A DNA stretch of 63,748 bases, the filler included, from Reticulomyxa filosa (Eukaryota > Protista > Foraminifera): NCBI GenBank assembly GCA_000512085.1. It is 13 parts of 13 records of this genome, joined end to end, with 100 filler letters (N's around TTAATTAATTAA, not from the genome) between each part and the next. Parts side by side here need not be neighbours in the genome. Positions count along the whole stretch, not along the records: positions 7,905 to 22,080 come from ASPP01020353.1; positions 22,181 to 25,801 come from ASPP01019501.1; positions 25,902 to 36,796 come from ASPP01028253.1; 10 more parts are not named here. The stretch is one strand, 5' to 3'. Below are positions 13,761-26,721 of the stretch, piece after piece. Position 1 is the first letter of the stretch. The number at the start of each line of letters is the position of its first letter. The notes below the pieces were generated by a model, which searched no databases, had not been told where the DNA came from, and saw nothing but the letters and a program-made list of their open reading frames with translations. The translations under genes were made by a program, and so were the position numbers.

Positions 13761-15293
13761 CCGCTGTGTTATCTTCCAATTGTGAACAAGTTTTTCTGTG
13801 AGTTATTCTCGTCTTTTTTCCAACAATAACTTTGAGTTGTCACACTTCTTTTTGGAAAATATTATTTTGCATAATCGCATTTCGTTTGTGTCATTATTTT
13901 CCACGATGGAGACTTATTGCTGTATCTTAAATAACTTTTAAACAAAACAGCTGTTTTCGCCATGAACAGCACAATTTTTAAAATTTTGGTCCACAACTTT
14001 TCTAATATTTTTTTTAATAAAAGTAAAAGAAAGACCAATTTTATATTGCCGGACACAATCCAATGGGCAGACATTTATCCAAAAACTACGCAACGAAACT
14101 GAGAAAGAAAAAAATCAACTAAATGAACCACATACAAATAAAGCAACTAATGAAACAGCATAATTAATGAAGCAATAATTAATATTAACTTTTTTTAGAT
14201 TAATTAGCAATTTTGATTTTCTAAAATTTATTTAAATTTCTATTTGTTTAGCAACAACATGATAAATGTATTCAAGTGATTACAACACACATTACAACAA
14301 TTATATCTTGACTGACACAATTACACTTTGAGTTTCAACAAAAGAAAAAATGCGATTTGTTCAAATTTTATCAATTTTTTAGTCAGTTAATTTTTAATTA
14401 TTAAATTTATGATTAGTGCTAGCAGGAATAAAGCTGTTTTCTGTTTGTACGTCCTATTTATAATGATATTGATAAACTTGATTTGAAATTAGCCTGCTTC
14501 TTAAAGAAAAAAGATTGGTTGAATTGTTGCTATTCTGTGAGTACAACACAATTCAAAAGTAACACTTCAATGGAACATTTTCTCCACGAATAAATAACAT
14601 TTAACCAATTTTTTCAAATATGTGATCAACAGCAAAAGAAAAGATTAACCTCTCCGGAATGTGACATATCATTTGAAAAATTTAAATGTTAATTTTTCAT
14701 GTAGAAATTTTAAATGTTCGTAGTGATCTTTTTTTTGCTATTGATTGTACGTATTAAATACTCTCTGAAAATGCTTAAGACACATGAACAGACAACCTTT
14801 AAAAATTAATAATATCATGTTTTTATAGAAAGTCGTATCCGTTATGGTCATGCAATATGCCAGTTTTTAAGTATTTAAGAGAATATTCGTGTTATGTTAC
14901 ATTCGAGTTTTACATTTTTGAGCTAAATAAGTATAATGCAATTCTTCACAATGGTAATCAGAACGAAAATATTAATTTTTTATTTAAGTTTGTGTAAGTG
15001 ACGTAAGCATTTACATTTGAAAAAATATCGCTCTTGTTCAGCAAAATTGTAAATGTTTTAGTCAACAATTTGAAAAAATTCATAACCATTTGTAAACAGC
15101 CTTTTTTGGCTCAAACACAAAAAAAGAAAAATCACTTCTCACAATGCCGCAAAAATTTGAAAGCCTTTATCTTCTAAAAAAAATATGGGGAAAAAAAAAT
15201 CTTTTTGCGGTCGCCAAAGCATATCACACACAACAAACATTTATATCTCCGCCTTTACGTGGTTTATAAACAGGTGGTAGAGAAAAATCGAAA

Positions 15294-16964
15294 CTAGTCA
15301 ACATTTTCGTCTGCTACTCCTCCGCCGACTTGGAAACTGTTTGCATTGAATCCCTTTTTCTCGAGGTCTTCTTTCATTGCATTTCGAAACTCGTCAAGTG
15401 AAATCTTTTGATCGCCATCGACATCGACTTCTTCAATCATCTGAGAAAGATGTTGTAGTTGTTTTCCGATGACTTCAGTGTCTCCATCGTCCTTGTCATC
15501 ACTGTCTTTGTTATCATCCGAGCCAGGCATCAACACATGTTTCAATTCATTAACATCAATTTGTCCATCGCCATTGGCATCAAACACGTTGAATACTCTG
15601 TTGATATATTGGTCATTGGAGCTTAATATTTTCCTGTACCATATGGTCTTAAACTCTTCAAAGTCAATGACTTCGTCATTGTTCTGATCGGCCTGTTTGA
15701 TGATTTCTTTCGCCTCCACCAAAGCATTGCTTTTGGCATAGCCCATATCCAACAGCAAGAATGTCAATTCATCGGCATCCAAGTATCCATCTCCATCTGC
15801 GTCCAAACGCACAAAGTGTTGTCGTACCTGATCAGCGGGCTCACTGGTCATGTTGGCGGCCAAAATGCGTGTGATTTCTTTTTTCAGTTTTGACTGATAA
15901 TTGAACTGTCGCAAGAAGCGAACGACATCGACATTCAAAAGCCAATCTCCCGCATCGATTCCTTGGACCCAAGGATGTCGAATACACTCATCAATCGTCA
16001 AGCGTTGGGATGGGTCTTTGATCAGCACCTTATCCAAAAAGTCTTTAAACGCAGGATTCAATTTCAAAGGCGTTTTATATCGCACGTCGTGTTCAGGATA
16101 GGTGACTTTGTTGGACACAATCGACTCAAAAATTTCCGAATTTGTACGTCCACGGAATGGCGCACGTCCGGTCAACATCACATATGCAATGATGCCAATG
16201 CTCCACACATCACTGGCCTTCAGCACATCCCCCGTTCTCGGTTTCACCATGGGCGCGTATTTGCGTGCAGTTTCGCTGTTGCGCGATTTGCTCAGGGCCA
16301 GATAAGCCAATTCCGGGGCCAAGTAATACGCGGTCCCTACCAAGTTGTCATACGTCTTGTTCTGGTCATTGGGGTCTATTATTGTGCCGCACCCAAAGTC
16401 GATCAACACGACATTCGAATCCACGTCCGAAGATGCAAGCACAAAGTTTTCCGGTTTCAAATCGCGATGGACCACATTGTGTTGATGGCAATATTGCACC
16501 GCTTCGCACATACTACGGATCAATTGTGCCGCTTTCTTTTCCGTTATTATGTATTTCTCTTCTTTGCTCACAATTCGATCAAACAGCTCTCCGCCCTCTA
16601 ACAATCCTGTCAACACATAGTAATTGAACTCGTCTTCTTCGCTTCCCAAAAATTGAACTACGTTCTTGTGTGATGTCTTGCCGCTTTCGCTCAATGCACC
16701 CAGCAATTGGCATTCCAATTTGTACAAACTCTCCGTCACTTTGCGCTCCTTTGACATTATCTTTATCGCCAGTTTTTGACTCCTGTCCGCTTTCGACACC
16801 GCCGCTACCACACGGCAAGAGGCACCCTTGCCCAATGTATTCTTGAACAGGTAACGGCTTTGGATATCCGACTTGCTCTCGGACACAACTATCTTCTTTT
16901 CTTCGCTTGATTGCACCACCTCTCCTGCCTGTTTTTCCGATTGTGACGAAGCACAGCAACCCAT
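15294..16964 (-). CDS. Calcium-dependent protein kinase (kinase + 4 EF-hands), intronless, 556 aa
   Basis: MGCC N-terminus (myristoylation/palmitoylation), GGELFDRI, HRDLKPEN, DFG, YYLAPE, junction region, then EF loops DADGDGYLD, DQNNDEVID, DANGDGQID, DVDGDQKIS. Confidence 0.95.
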   Translation of the reverse strand: MGCCASSQSEKQAGEVVQSSEEKKIVVSESKSDIQSRYLFKNTLGKGASCRVVAAVSKADRSQKLAIKIMSKERKVTESLYKLECQLLGALSESGKTSHKNVVQFLGSEEDEFNYYVLTGLLEGGELFDRIVSKEEKYIITEKKAAQLIRSMCEAVQYCHQHNVVHRDLKPENFVLASSDVDSNVVLIDFGCGTIIDPNDQNKTYDNLVGTAYYLAPELAYLALSKSRNSETARKYAPMVKPRTGDVLKASDVWSIGIIAYVMLTGRAPFRGRTNSEIFESIVSNKVTYPEHDVRYKTPLKLNPAFKDFLDKVLIKDPSQRLTIDECIRHPWVQGIDAGDWLLNVDVVRFLRQFNYQSKLKKEITRILAANMTSEPADQVRQHFVRLDADGDGYLDADELTFLLLDMGYAKSNALVEAKEIIKQADQNNDEVIDFEEFKTIWYRKILSSNDQYINRVFNVFDANGDGQIDVNELKHVLMPGSDDNKDSDDKDDGDTEVIGKQLQHLSQMIEEVDVDGDQKISLDEFRNAMKEDLEKKGFNANSFQVGGGVADENVD

Positions 16965-17314
16965 CTTCTCACTAGTCTTGGGATTGGCAACTCGCAAGTT
17001 TTTTTTTTTGGTTTTTTTCTTTAAAAAAAAGACTAGGTTTTTTACAGTCCCCGCACGCACACGCAGAATCTGCGATATTTCATAAAAGATAATTTTTTTT
17101 AAAAAAAGTTTTTATTCCATCCCCTTTGAAGAAATAGCAATGATAAGACTATCAAAAGTTTTTTGTTTTTTGTTTTTTTTGCAAAAATTTACGCTTGCAA
17201 TAAATTAAATATTTCTACACAAATGGGAAAAAACAACAACAAACAACATTTGTTTTTTTTTTTTTTGAAATAAGACGTGAATTAAATACGAAAGTAAAAA
17301 AAAAAAAAAAAAAT

Positions 17315-18402
17315 TTAAAAATGCGAGAAATCAAAATCTTGTGAGCCGGAGTTGAAGCGCAGACAAAACTCCTCAAAAAGTCGATTGACATTGGGAGGCA
17401 TGGCAATATCAGCAGTTTGAAACAATTGAGCGAGATGGCTGGCCTGCAAGGAGTATTGTTGCAAAGTGACAAAGGGATGTTGTAGAAGAGAGTTGAGCGT
17501 GGGTCTTGATTTCGGGTCTCTGTTCAAGGACTGTTCAATGATGAAGTTGACCCAAGGTTGAGAAGGATGTTTGGCAAGGATGATTTTGTGAGTGGAACAA
17601 GTGATAGCAGAGATTTTGGAAGGGACAGACATGTGAGAAAAGGGCGTGAATCCAAAGTACATTTGATGCAAGATGCAGCCCAAAGACCAAATGTCTGCAC
17701 TTCTGCCGATTTTGTATTCAGGTGCATTACTGTTACTGTTACCGTTACTGTTACTATTACATTGAGCAATATCATTTTTGTCGGGCCTGCCACCACCACC
17801 ACCACCACCACCACTACGGCCATGTTCTAGGATCGCCTCTGGAGACATGTAATTCAAAGTGCCGATTTGCGAGTCGCGATAAATGCTGGTGGTATCATCG
17901 CTTTCAATTCTCTTTGCAATTCCAAAGTCGATGAGTTTCAAGACGCCTTTGACCAATAAGAAGTTGGCAGGCTTTAAATCGCCGTGGACGATCCTCTCTT
18001 TGTGTATGCAGTCGACGCCTCTGAGCATTTGCAAAAAGTAGCTGCGAATGATGACATCGTCTTTCAAGCATCCCCCTTCATTGTTCTTCAGGATATGTGC
18101 CAGGTCGATTTCGCCGCACTCCAGCAGCATGAACACGCGATTCTTGTGTTCGTCCACGCAGTAGTCATGGAGAGATATTATAAACTCTTTGTCCTGCAGT
18201 CGCTTCAGCAGAGCAATCTCATTGCGGTAAAGCATGTGGAAGATCTTGTCGTACTTGTCGTGCTTTTGCGCGACGTACTTGAGCGCCCAGATTTTTTTAT
18301 CTTCCGATATCACCTTGTACACAATGGACGAGCCCCCTCGTCCGAGTTCCTCTAGCATTATAAATGCGCGTTTGTTCACGATAATCTTTCTACTATTCCC
18401 AT

Positions 18403-18436
<34 letters not shown>

Positions 18437-19252
18437 TGTTGTTGTTGCTATTGCTATTGCTGCTGCTGCTGCTGTTGCTGTTGCTGTTGTTGCATTTATG
18501 CCATTGGTCGCCATTATTTCGTCCGTCTTATCTTTTGGACGACTTGGCTTGTCCACATGCATCTCGTTGCCTCGCTGAAACGTAACGCGTTTCTGTGGCT
18601 GGCTCAATCCATTGCTATGATGCATAGAAGATTGAGCGTTGGTCTCCATGCTCGACTCTACGGACGCACACTTGGCTTCCATATCCATTGCTTCTGAACA
18701 AGAAGAAGAAGAAGAAGAAGAAGAAGTAAATGGCTTCGCTCGTAACTTATTACAATCTTTCCACATATGCTGTGCTTCCTCTTCTGTCAGTGCGCCGTGC
18801 TTCACTCCTTTTGTTATAATCTTCTCTGCTGTGTCCACCATATTCTTTTGCACATAGTACTTAGCCAAATTATGATACAACAACGGCTCCTTCCTTCCTA
18901 CTTGCTGACTGCACATTTGCTCCAATACCACTTTCCCCTTCTCGCTCAGCTTCTCGTCACTACACTCCAAATACGTTATTGCGTACATCAACAACAACTT
19001 CACTATCTTCTCATTGTCGTGCCATTGACGCCCTTCGCTCATCACGCTGTCCAAAAATGATCGTCTCGTTCGCTGTGTGTACTCCCAATTATACTCGCTT
19101 CTTCCTCCCATGTGAACAAGCAAATCATACCCCAAATCTATTGTCTCCTGACTATGCTTTCGCTTATTCCCATTGAATATTTTTACCAATTTACTTTCTA
19201 TATGTCGTCCTAGTTCATCTGTTGGATTTGTTATTGGTGAAGATACCAACAT
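17315..19252 (-). CDS. MPS1: Mps1/TTK spindle-checkpoint kinase with N-terminal helical (TPR-like) domain, intronless
   Basis: LGRGGSSIVYKV, LECGEIDL, IVHGDLKPANFLLVKGVLKLIDFGIA, DTTSIYRDSQIGTLNYMSPEA, KIGRSADIWSLGCIL are Mps1-diagnostic. Confidence 0.93.
18403..18493. repeat. Compound trinucleotide microsatellite (GTC/GTT/GCT) encoding poly-Ala/poly-Thr in the Mps1 linker
   Basis: Directly visible tandem triplets. Confidence 0.9.
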
Positions 19253-20424
19253 TGATAATCCAAAGGACGTTTATTAAAGTATGAGGTACCTTTTTTCTAT
19301 CTAAAAAAAAATACATTTTTTTTTGTCCATCTTTTTTGTACTCTTCCAATAGTAATTTTCTTTTAAACTCTTATCCAAATTACAGCTAATATTCTTGTCA
19401 ATCCTGAATCCAGTTGTGAAAGCTTGCCACTGAGATCGTTATCAAACAAATGTCAAACTCTTGCTTAAAACCATTTTCTGTTTGTCGGCTTAGCTTTTTA
19501 ATGTGCTTTGATTATACATTAGCTATTTTTTTATTGTTTGTTGGCACTTTATCTAGTACAAAAATAATACTTCTTTTGAATATGCATCCAAATCTTGTAT
19601 AATATTCTTTTTTTATTGTAGGTCATTTGTTCTAATTTTGTGTCATTTTTATTTTTTTTGAATTTGTTTTTAAAAATGATCCAGTTTTATTCAAACAAAT
19701 AGAAAATGTGATTTTTAATCAAATATTGACTAGTTAAGTCAGTTATTGTGTTATCTATCTGTTTTTATTAAACCAAAAATATATAAATCAATTAAATCAA
19801 CGAGTTACAAGGGGGAACGTAGTCCCATTTTTTTAATTTTTTTCTCTGTAATGTATTGCTTTGTAAACAAGTCCAAAAGAGTTTAAGTTGAATTGTACCA
19901 ACTAATAAATTTTACTTCAGCATTTGTCTTTTCTCAAGTATAGCTTTTTCTTATGTTGTAATGATAAAAAAAGTACGTAGTTAAGTCTTTAACTTTTATT
20001 GTGTATTTGCAAAAACTTCAACGATATAGTACTGACAATTCTCCAGCCATCGAAAATGTTTTTTAATAATATTTGCAATCACGTTGGATTAGAAAGCATA
20101 TTCAATAAATTTTCTCAGAACATAACATATTTAATCTACATATTCTCCACACATACATACATTTGATCATGCTGTGTGATCAAAAGATACTTAATCATTA
20201 TAAACTATAAGTACATGTGAATGCCAAACAAAGAGTACAATCAAAAATATGACAATTTTTCCCAAACAGGCTGTATTCAATTACGCATTTGTGGTAATGA
20301 ATTTGTTAAAAAAACGAACGCATTGTGTTTGAAGGGATGCATTGTCTTTTGATTTTTATTTATAGGATTTCTGCATTGATAAACAGAACATTCGAATTAA
20401 ATTGTCAGTAAAAAGATGGATAAG

Positions 20425-21339
20425 TTATAAAGCTGTATGTCCACCATCAACAAATAAAAAAGAACCATTACAAAAAGTACTTTCATCAGAAGCAAAAAAC
20501 AAAACAGCAAAAGCAATATCTTCAGTAGTTCCGAAACGTTTAATAATTTGTTCTTTAAGTTTAAAATCAGCATATTGTGATTCATTCATCTGATTAAGTT
20601 TCATATCATTAGCAAGTGCAGGAGTAAATATAGTTCCAGGACAAATAGCATTAACACGTATTTTATATTTATTCCATAAATCTAAAGCATTATTTCTAGT
20701 TAAAGATAATAATGCTGTTTTACATAAAGAATATGTAATAAAATTAGGCTGTGCTATTACACTACTTACACTAGCCATATTTATTATTGAACCCTTACCA
20801 GAATGATCCATATGAGGAGATGTATGTTTTATCATATATATATGTCCTTTTATATTTACATTAATTGAATTATCCCAATCTTCATTTGTTGCTTCAATTA
20901 TATTATTAAATACAAATCTTGCTGCATTATTTACTAATACATCAATTTTTTTATTTTTAAATTTTTTTAATATTTCTGTTATTGCTTTTTTTACTTGTGT
21001 TTCATTACTGATATCACATTTTAAACATATTATATCTTCTTCTAATTTTTTATTTTCATTTTTATATCTTTTTATTGATTTTATTTCTTTCCATACATTT
21101 TCAAAGCTTGCTATATCTATCAATGCTAATTTTGCTCCGTGTTCTGCAAATTTTTTTGCTATTCCTTCACCAATTCCTATCAATTTTAATAATAATTATT
21201 ATTATTATGTTAATTTTTTAATCGTTTCATAAACAAATTTTTTACCGCTCGCTGCACCCGTTATTACGCACAGTTTTCCAACTACGCGTCCGGGAAACAC
21301 GTTCGAGTCTGCGCTTGAGCATGAGTCTGAAGATGACAT
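20425..21339 (-). CDS. Classical short-chain dehydrogenase/reductase, 2 exons (intron 21177-21245)
   Basis: Splicing reconstructs ITGAASGIGEGIA; also LVNNAA, INMAS, YSLCK (YxxxK), IRVNAICPG, FVDGG. Confidence 0.93.
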
Positions 21340-22967
21340 CACTTACAAAAGACACTCACTTACAAACAAATATTAACCTACTTCAAAAAATTCAAAACAA
21401 TCAATGCCCTTTTTTTTTCTTCAACAAAAAGGCTAGACTTCGCTGTTGCCCTTCAAACACTTCTTGCTTATTCTGCGACAAATCAATAATTAGATATTTA
21501 GAATAATTTTTCTAGCTTTTACAAGTCACTATATTTTACCACATTGAAAGATAGTATTAGATAGAGGAAAAAAAGCGTTCAAAATGAAGGATACTTCCGA
21601 TGAGCATTGAACAAAATTTTATATAGCTTGGTTGTGTGCCATGTAGCAAGTTTAGATTTTCCTTGAAGTTTTATAATATGAAACTGATATATTGATTGTA
21701 TATTGGTCTAGAATCTGTTAATTCCATTCTGTTCTTATAGTGTTTGCAAAATAAAAGCAACATATTATATTAGTTTATGTATATTTAACGAACAACATGA
21801 ATTGTATTTATTTTTAAAATGTCTTTGCTAAAGATAAAGTCAATTTTCTTATGTTTTTTTACATTCTAATATAATGAAAGCGATTTTATGACAAGTGAAA
21901 TTCATCGATTTATTCTTTATCACAATTTGCATTGCTAGTTTATATTATCATTGTGTTATCTTTTTTTTTCAGAGAATGCAAGCCGTATATTAGCGCTAAA
22001 ATTGCGAAAATCCCGCCTTATCCAAAAAGGACATATTGCGTTAAAATAAAAAGAAATAAATTGTCAAACACACTGACTTANNNNNNNNNNNNNNNNNNNN
22101 NNNNNNNNNNNNNNNNNNNNNNNNTTAATTAATTAANNNNNNNNNNNNNNNNNNNNNNNNNNNNNNNNNNNNNNNNNNNNTTTTATTTTTTTTTCAACGC
22201 AGGTTGTGGCTTCAACCCCAAAATTTGCTTTGGATGGTAGGGGTGGACATTTTTTTTTTTTTGCTGGACGGGCTGCAGCTGTTATTGAAACACAAGCAAT
22301 CGATTAAGTCAAAATAATATATATGTATTATATAACAAACCATGTTTACTCCTTTCGGAGACGGGGGGCCTTGCCCCATTTTTCACTTTTTTTTTTTTCT
22401 TTTGTTGAAGGATGCACAGCATCCAAAGATAAACACCATTTTTTTATTTATTTAGCGAAGTTGACAGTACAGACGACAAAAAAAAAAAAGAAACCCTTTT
22501 TCTCTTCACTAAGACGTAATTTACAGCTCATAGATGTTTATTTCAAAAATGAGTAAGTTTTTGAATATTTTAACATTTTTGACAAAACAGCTTGAAAAAA
22601 GCATTTCATTTGAGCTTGTACAATTATAATTTAAAAAATAACTTAACGACAGATAATTAAAAATTACAATTATTTTTTAAAATGAATCCTTAATCAAGTA
22701 TTATTCATTTTTCTTGAGTAATGATTTTTTCCCAGAAGATAAAAATTTTTTTCCCAAAACTTTTTAAAGAATAAAAAATGTATCATTATCTTTTAAAATG
22801 AACATAGAGATCAAATTATTTATCGTTTGTTTTATTGATCAAATACTTTTTACAAAGCAACACAAATGAAAAACAAACTTAAGTTAATGTTTTTTTGATT
22901 AATTAACAACATAGTTTTCCAATCTTGTGAGATTTGCCTGTTTTAGTTGGTTTTTAAAAATCAAGCA

Positions 22968-25801
22968 TTAGCCTTCAAATTTCAGATTGATAACAGACGT
23001 TGCTTTGCTTGCCTGACTGTTAACACTATGCATACTATTTGGTCGACTAGATGCAACAGAGCCCAATGATTTCTGGGATAATGGTGTTGACTTACGAGAA
23101 GTCTTTGCATCAAAATTAAAGTTGATATGGTTGGATTTCAAAGTATTAGCAACAGATTCGCTTAGTTCAGGAAATTCAGTTGCTAAGAATTGGAGCAATG
23201 ATAAAATTACATTATGCTTTCGTTTTAGCATAGCCACTTTAAGTTCTTTCTGTTTTTAAAGAAACAAATTTTGTAAGACCCGTAAAGACAAAAAGAAAAA
23301 GAGGTTTACCAGATCATTTTGAAGTTGACGTTCATTTGATATATTATTGTTAATTTGAGCCGTCAACTTATCCAATGTTTTTTGTGCTCTAGAAATTTTT
23401 TGATATTGTGCTTGAATAGTGTGATCCAATATATCATTGGTTTGTCGATATTGTGTTAAGTTTTCGTCGAGTGATTCTCTACCCTTGTTTAAAATATCGA
23501 TTTCATTTTTGATTTTATTGACATCTTGGTCCAACTCTAAGTACTTTTTTTTTTGTTGGTAGAGATTGTCCGTTAATATTCTGTATTTATTCTCTAGCTC
23601 ATTTTTCAAATGTCCTTCTGGACTAGTGGAGTCTCCATTATTCATATTTAGTCTGTAATTCTTTTTTTTTCCATTAACATCAAAAGTTAGTGATTGTTGT
23701 ATCTCAAACAAAAAAACACACGATACAAAACTGTATTGCTGTCATTTAAATGCTTCAAAGATTGATGCAAAATAACAATATCTTGTTCAGATTGCTGTAT
23801 GATAGCATCTAGGGAGTCACCTTTTTGTTTTAGCTCTTCGCGCTCTTGTGCCAGTTGAATCATCAATTGTATTGGCGAAGGCGACTCTTCATGTGCCGTT
23901 TCGTCGTGATTGTCAATAACAATAGCGGATTGCTCTTCTTCATGAGTTCGTAGCTTTCCAGCGACAGTGCAATACTTAGACTGCAAAGCGTATAGTTTTG
24001 TCTCACATTTTTTGAGATCCATTTGAGCTTCTTTTCGAGCACTTTCTTTCACCTTAATTGTAGCCATATTTATTTTATTTAGGTTTTCAATTTCATTTTT
24101 GCGCTCTTCCATGATTAATTCCAATTGCATTTTATCATTTTTTGCAGCAAATACTTTTTTTGATAAAACATTTAATTCATCACGCAAATGAATAACACTC
24201 AATTTATTATCATTTTGCACTAATAACAATTCACTTTGTTGTTTCATTAATTGTTTAATTTCAGATTCAATACTTTCATTTATTAATAAATGTTCACTGA
24301 TTTGCGAATTCAATTTTTCTTTATTGTTATTAACAACAGCACGATTTTTGTTTGCTAATCTTAAATCATCTTCAAACCGTTTTACTTGAGTTTGGAGTTC
24401 TGTCTCATGTTTTTTTTGATCTTTCAACTTTGTTTGCAAATCGATTAATTTTTCATTCAGCTCTGCTGTTTCTTCTTGGCTTTTTTTACCTTGTGCTCTA
24501 GAGATCTTTTTTTTTTAATTCAAAAGTATTAAATCAATTCCCAAAAAAAAAAATAATTTTTTTTATTGCTTTACCTTTCTTTCAAGTTGTTGGATTTGAA
24601 ATTCTAAACAGTAAAGTGCTTCCTGTTGTTTCATCGATTTCTGATCACATTCTTGTATTTTACTTTGCAAGTTACGGACAGCTGCTTTGTTTGCATGGAT
24701 ATCATGCTGCAATGAGCTCTCTTGTTCTTTTAGAACGTGTAATTGTGTTGTTGTTTCACAAGTTTTTCTTTCAATTGTTTTCTTTTGCTGTGAATTGTTG
24801 CAGTTGCCATTCATAGTTTTGAACACCTTCATCTGCTTCTTTTGCAGTGTGTTCCATTTGCTTAAAGTTTTTAATTTGATAATCATGTTTCAATTCCAAG
24901 CTTTTTAATTGTTGTTGCTTTTTGGCAAACTTTTGATCAAACACTTCTTGATAAGATTTCATGCGTGAAATGTCATTGGCCATTTTTTTTTGGTCTTCTT
25001 CCAATTTCTCCAATTCGTTTTCCATTAATGCTAATTCATTTGCTTTTTCGGCTGTCATTTCCACTGTTTTTTGATTATATTCGCGTGCCTTTTCCAACTC
25101 GCGTAACAGTTTGGCTAGAGATGTCTGCAATTGCCTTTCATTTTTATTTTAAAATTAAATAAATCTTTAAACAATATTTACATACAATTTAAAATGTGTG
25201 CGAAACTATTACTTGACTGCCAAGTCTTTTTCATTTAAAGATTGATTTTGAGTTTGCAAAAATGTATTTTTTTCATTAGCAATTTTTTGCAGATTAGAGA
25301 CATTATTTGCTATTTGCACAATTATTTCATCTTTGCTGTTAATGGCTCTGACAGCAGAGTCCCATTGATCAATAATTTGGATTCTTTCCTGATGCAAAAT
25401 TTTAAATTCTTCCGCAGCATTGTCAAGCTGCATTTGGAAAGATTTTGTTTCTGTAATTTCCTTTTCTAATGACTTTTTAGCTTCACCACATTGTCTCGAA
25501 GTTTGCTCCAAAATTACATTTAATTGCCGAACTTTTACTTCATCCATCCGTTTATATTTTTCAAGTGCCATTTGGTCTTCCTCTTTTTGCTTACTTGCAA
25601 GCGTCCATTCCTCTAATTCTTCTTCTTTCCAATCCATTCGAGTTTTAAATTCTTCAAGTTTTTCATTAATTCCAAAAATTTCATTGTCAATTCGGTTGCA
25701 CTTTTTTTTTTAAAATTAAAAAAAGTGACTTACCCATCTTCAAATTTTTGTAGAGATCTCTTTTTTTTTTAACTCTGTTTTGATAGTCTTGTATTAATTT
25801 T
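22968..25801 (-). CDS. CCDC39: CCDC39/FAP59 axonemal 96-nm ruler protein, 5'-truncated, multi-exon, one apparent frameshift at ~24780
   Basis: MDWKEEELEEW...KQKEEDQMALEKYKRMDEVKVRQL, LHQERIQIIDQW, KQQEALYCLEFQIQQLERKV, AQEREELKQKGDSLDAII in a long coiled coil. Confidence 0.85.
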
Positions 25802-26036
25802 NNNNNNNNNNNNNNNNNNNNNNNNNNNNNNNNNNNNNNNNNNNNTTAATTAATTAANNNNNNNNNNNNNNNNNNNNNNNNNNNNNNNNNNNNNNNNNNN
25901 NACATTGGTTTGCAAACATATGCAAACTCATATTTGTATATATGTACATATATATATATATATATATACGTATACATATATGTATGTATGTTTATGTTTA
26001 AAAAATTGAACCTCTTTTTTTAATTATTTGTTTTAG

Positions 26037-26059
26037 CTATTGTGCACTAATTTTGTGCC

Positions 26060-26098
<39 letters not shown>

Positions 26099-26223
26099 TA
26101 TGTCCAAATGTTTTTGTGACTCCAGAGGGTGCGGCTAACGTGCAACAACAAGCCAACGACACGAATGATACAATGGCCGTGGAACAATCGGATGTCCTTG
26201 CAGAGGGACAGGACGCGGTTCCC

Positions 26224-26258
<35 letters not shown>

Positions 26259-26721
26259 CGACGAAACGAGCGTGATACAAGAAGGTGAGGGTCAGGAAGG
26301 GGACGTCCACACTGGAGGCACTCGAATGGGAGGCGCTCAAACGGGAGATGTCCAAATGGGGGATATTAGCATTGAAGATGTCCAACACATTGAACGAGAG
26401 CTTGTACGAATAGCACGAACAGGACAAGACCAAGAACAAGAGCAAGGGCAAGAGCAAGGGCAAGAACTAGAGCAAGAGCAAGAAATAGAGCAAGAACGAA
26501 GACAAAAACAAAAACAAGTGCAAGAATTAGAAGACGATGATAACGATATCGTAGATATCATGCAAGTGACTGATCAAGGCCCATCCGATGATGAAGACCA
26601 CGCCACGCACGTTCATAACCAATTTAGCGATATGCTAAAGAGTGTTATTGAAATTAACACCACTTTGGAAGACGACTTGATTCAGGAAATTGAACAGGCA
26701 AAGGTGACTCCAGGTCAATGA
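26037..26721 (+). CDS. Exon of an acidic, Gln/Glu/Asn-rich low-complexity protein of unknown function
   Basis: 222-codon ORF with coding-like GC content and QE repeats. No domain recognised; boundaries uncertain. Confidence 0.45.

Noticed and set aside
15469-19176. Many long antisense ORFs over CDPK and Mps1 (likewise over NOP2 and PGDH)
   Set aside because: Expected from GC-richer codon usage and triplet repeats; no independent motifs.
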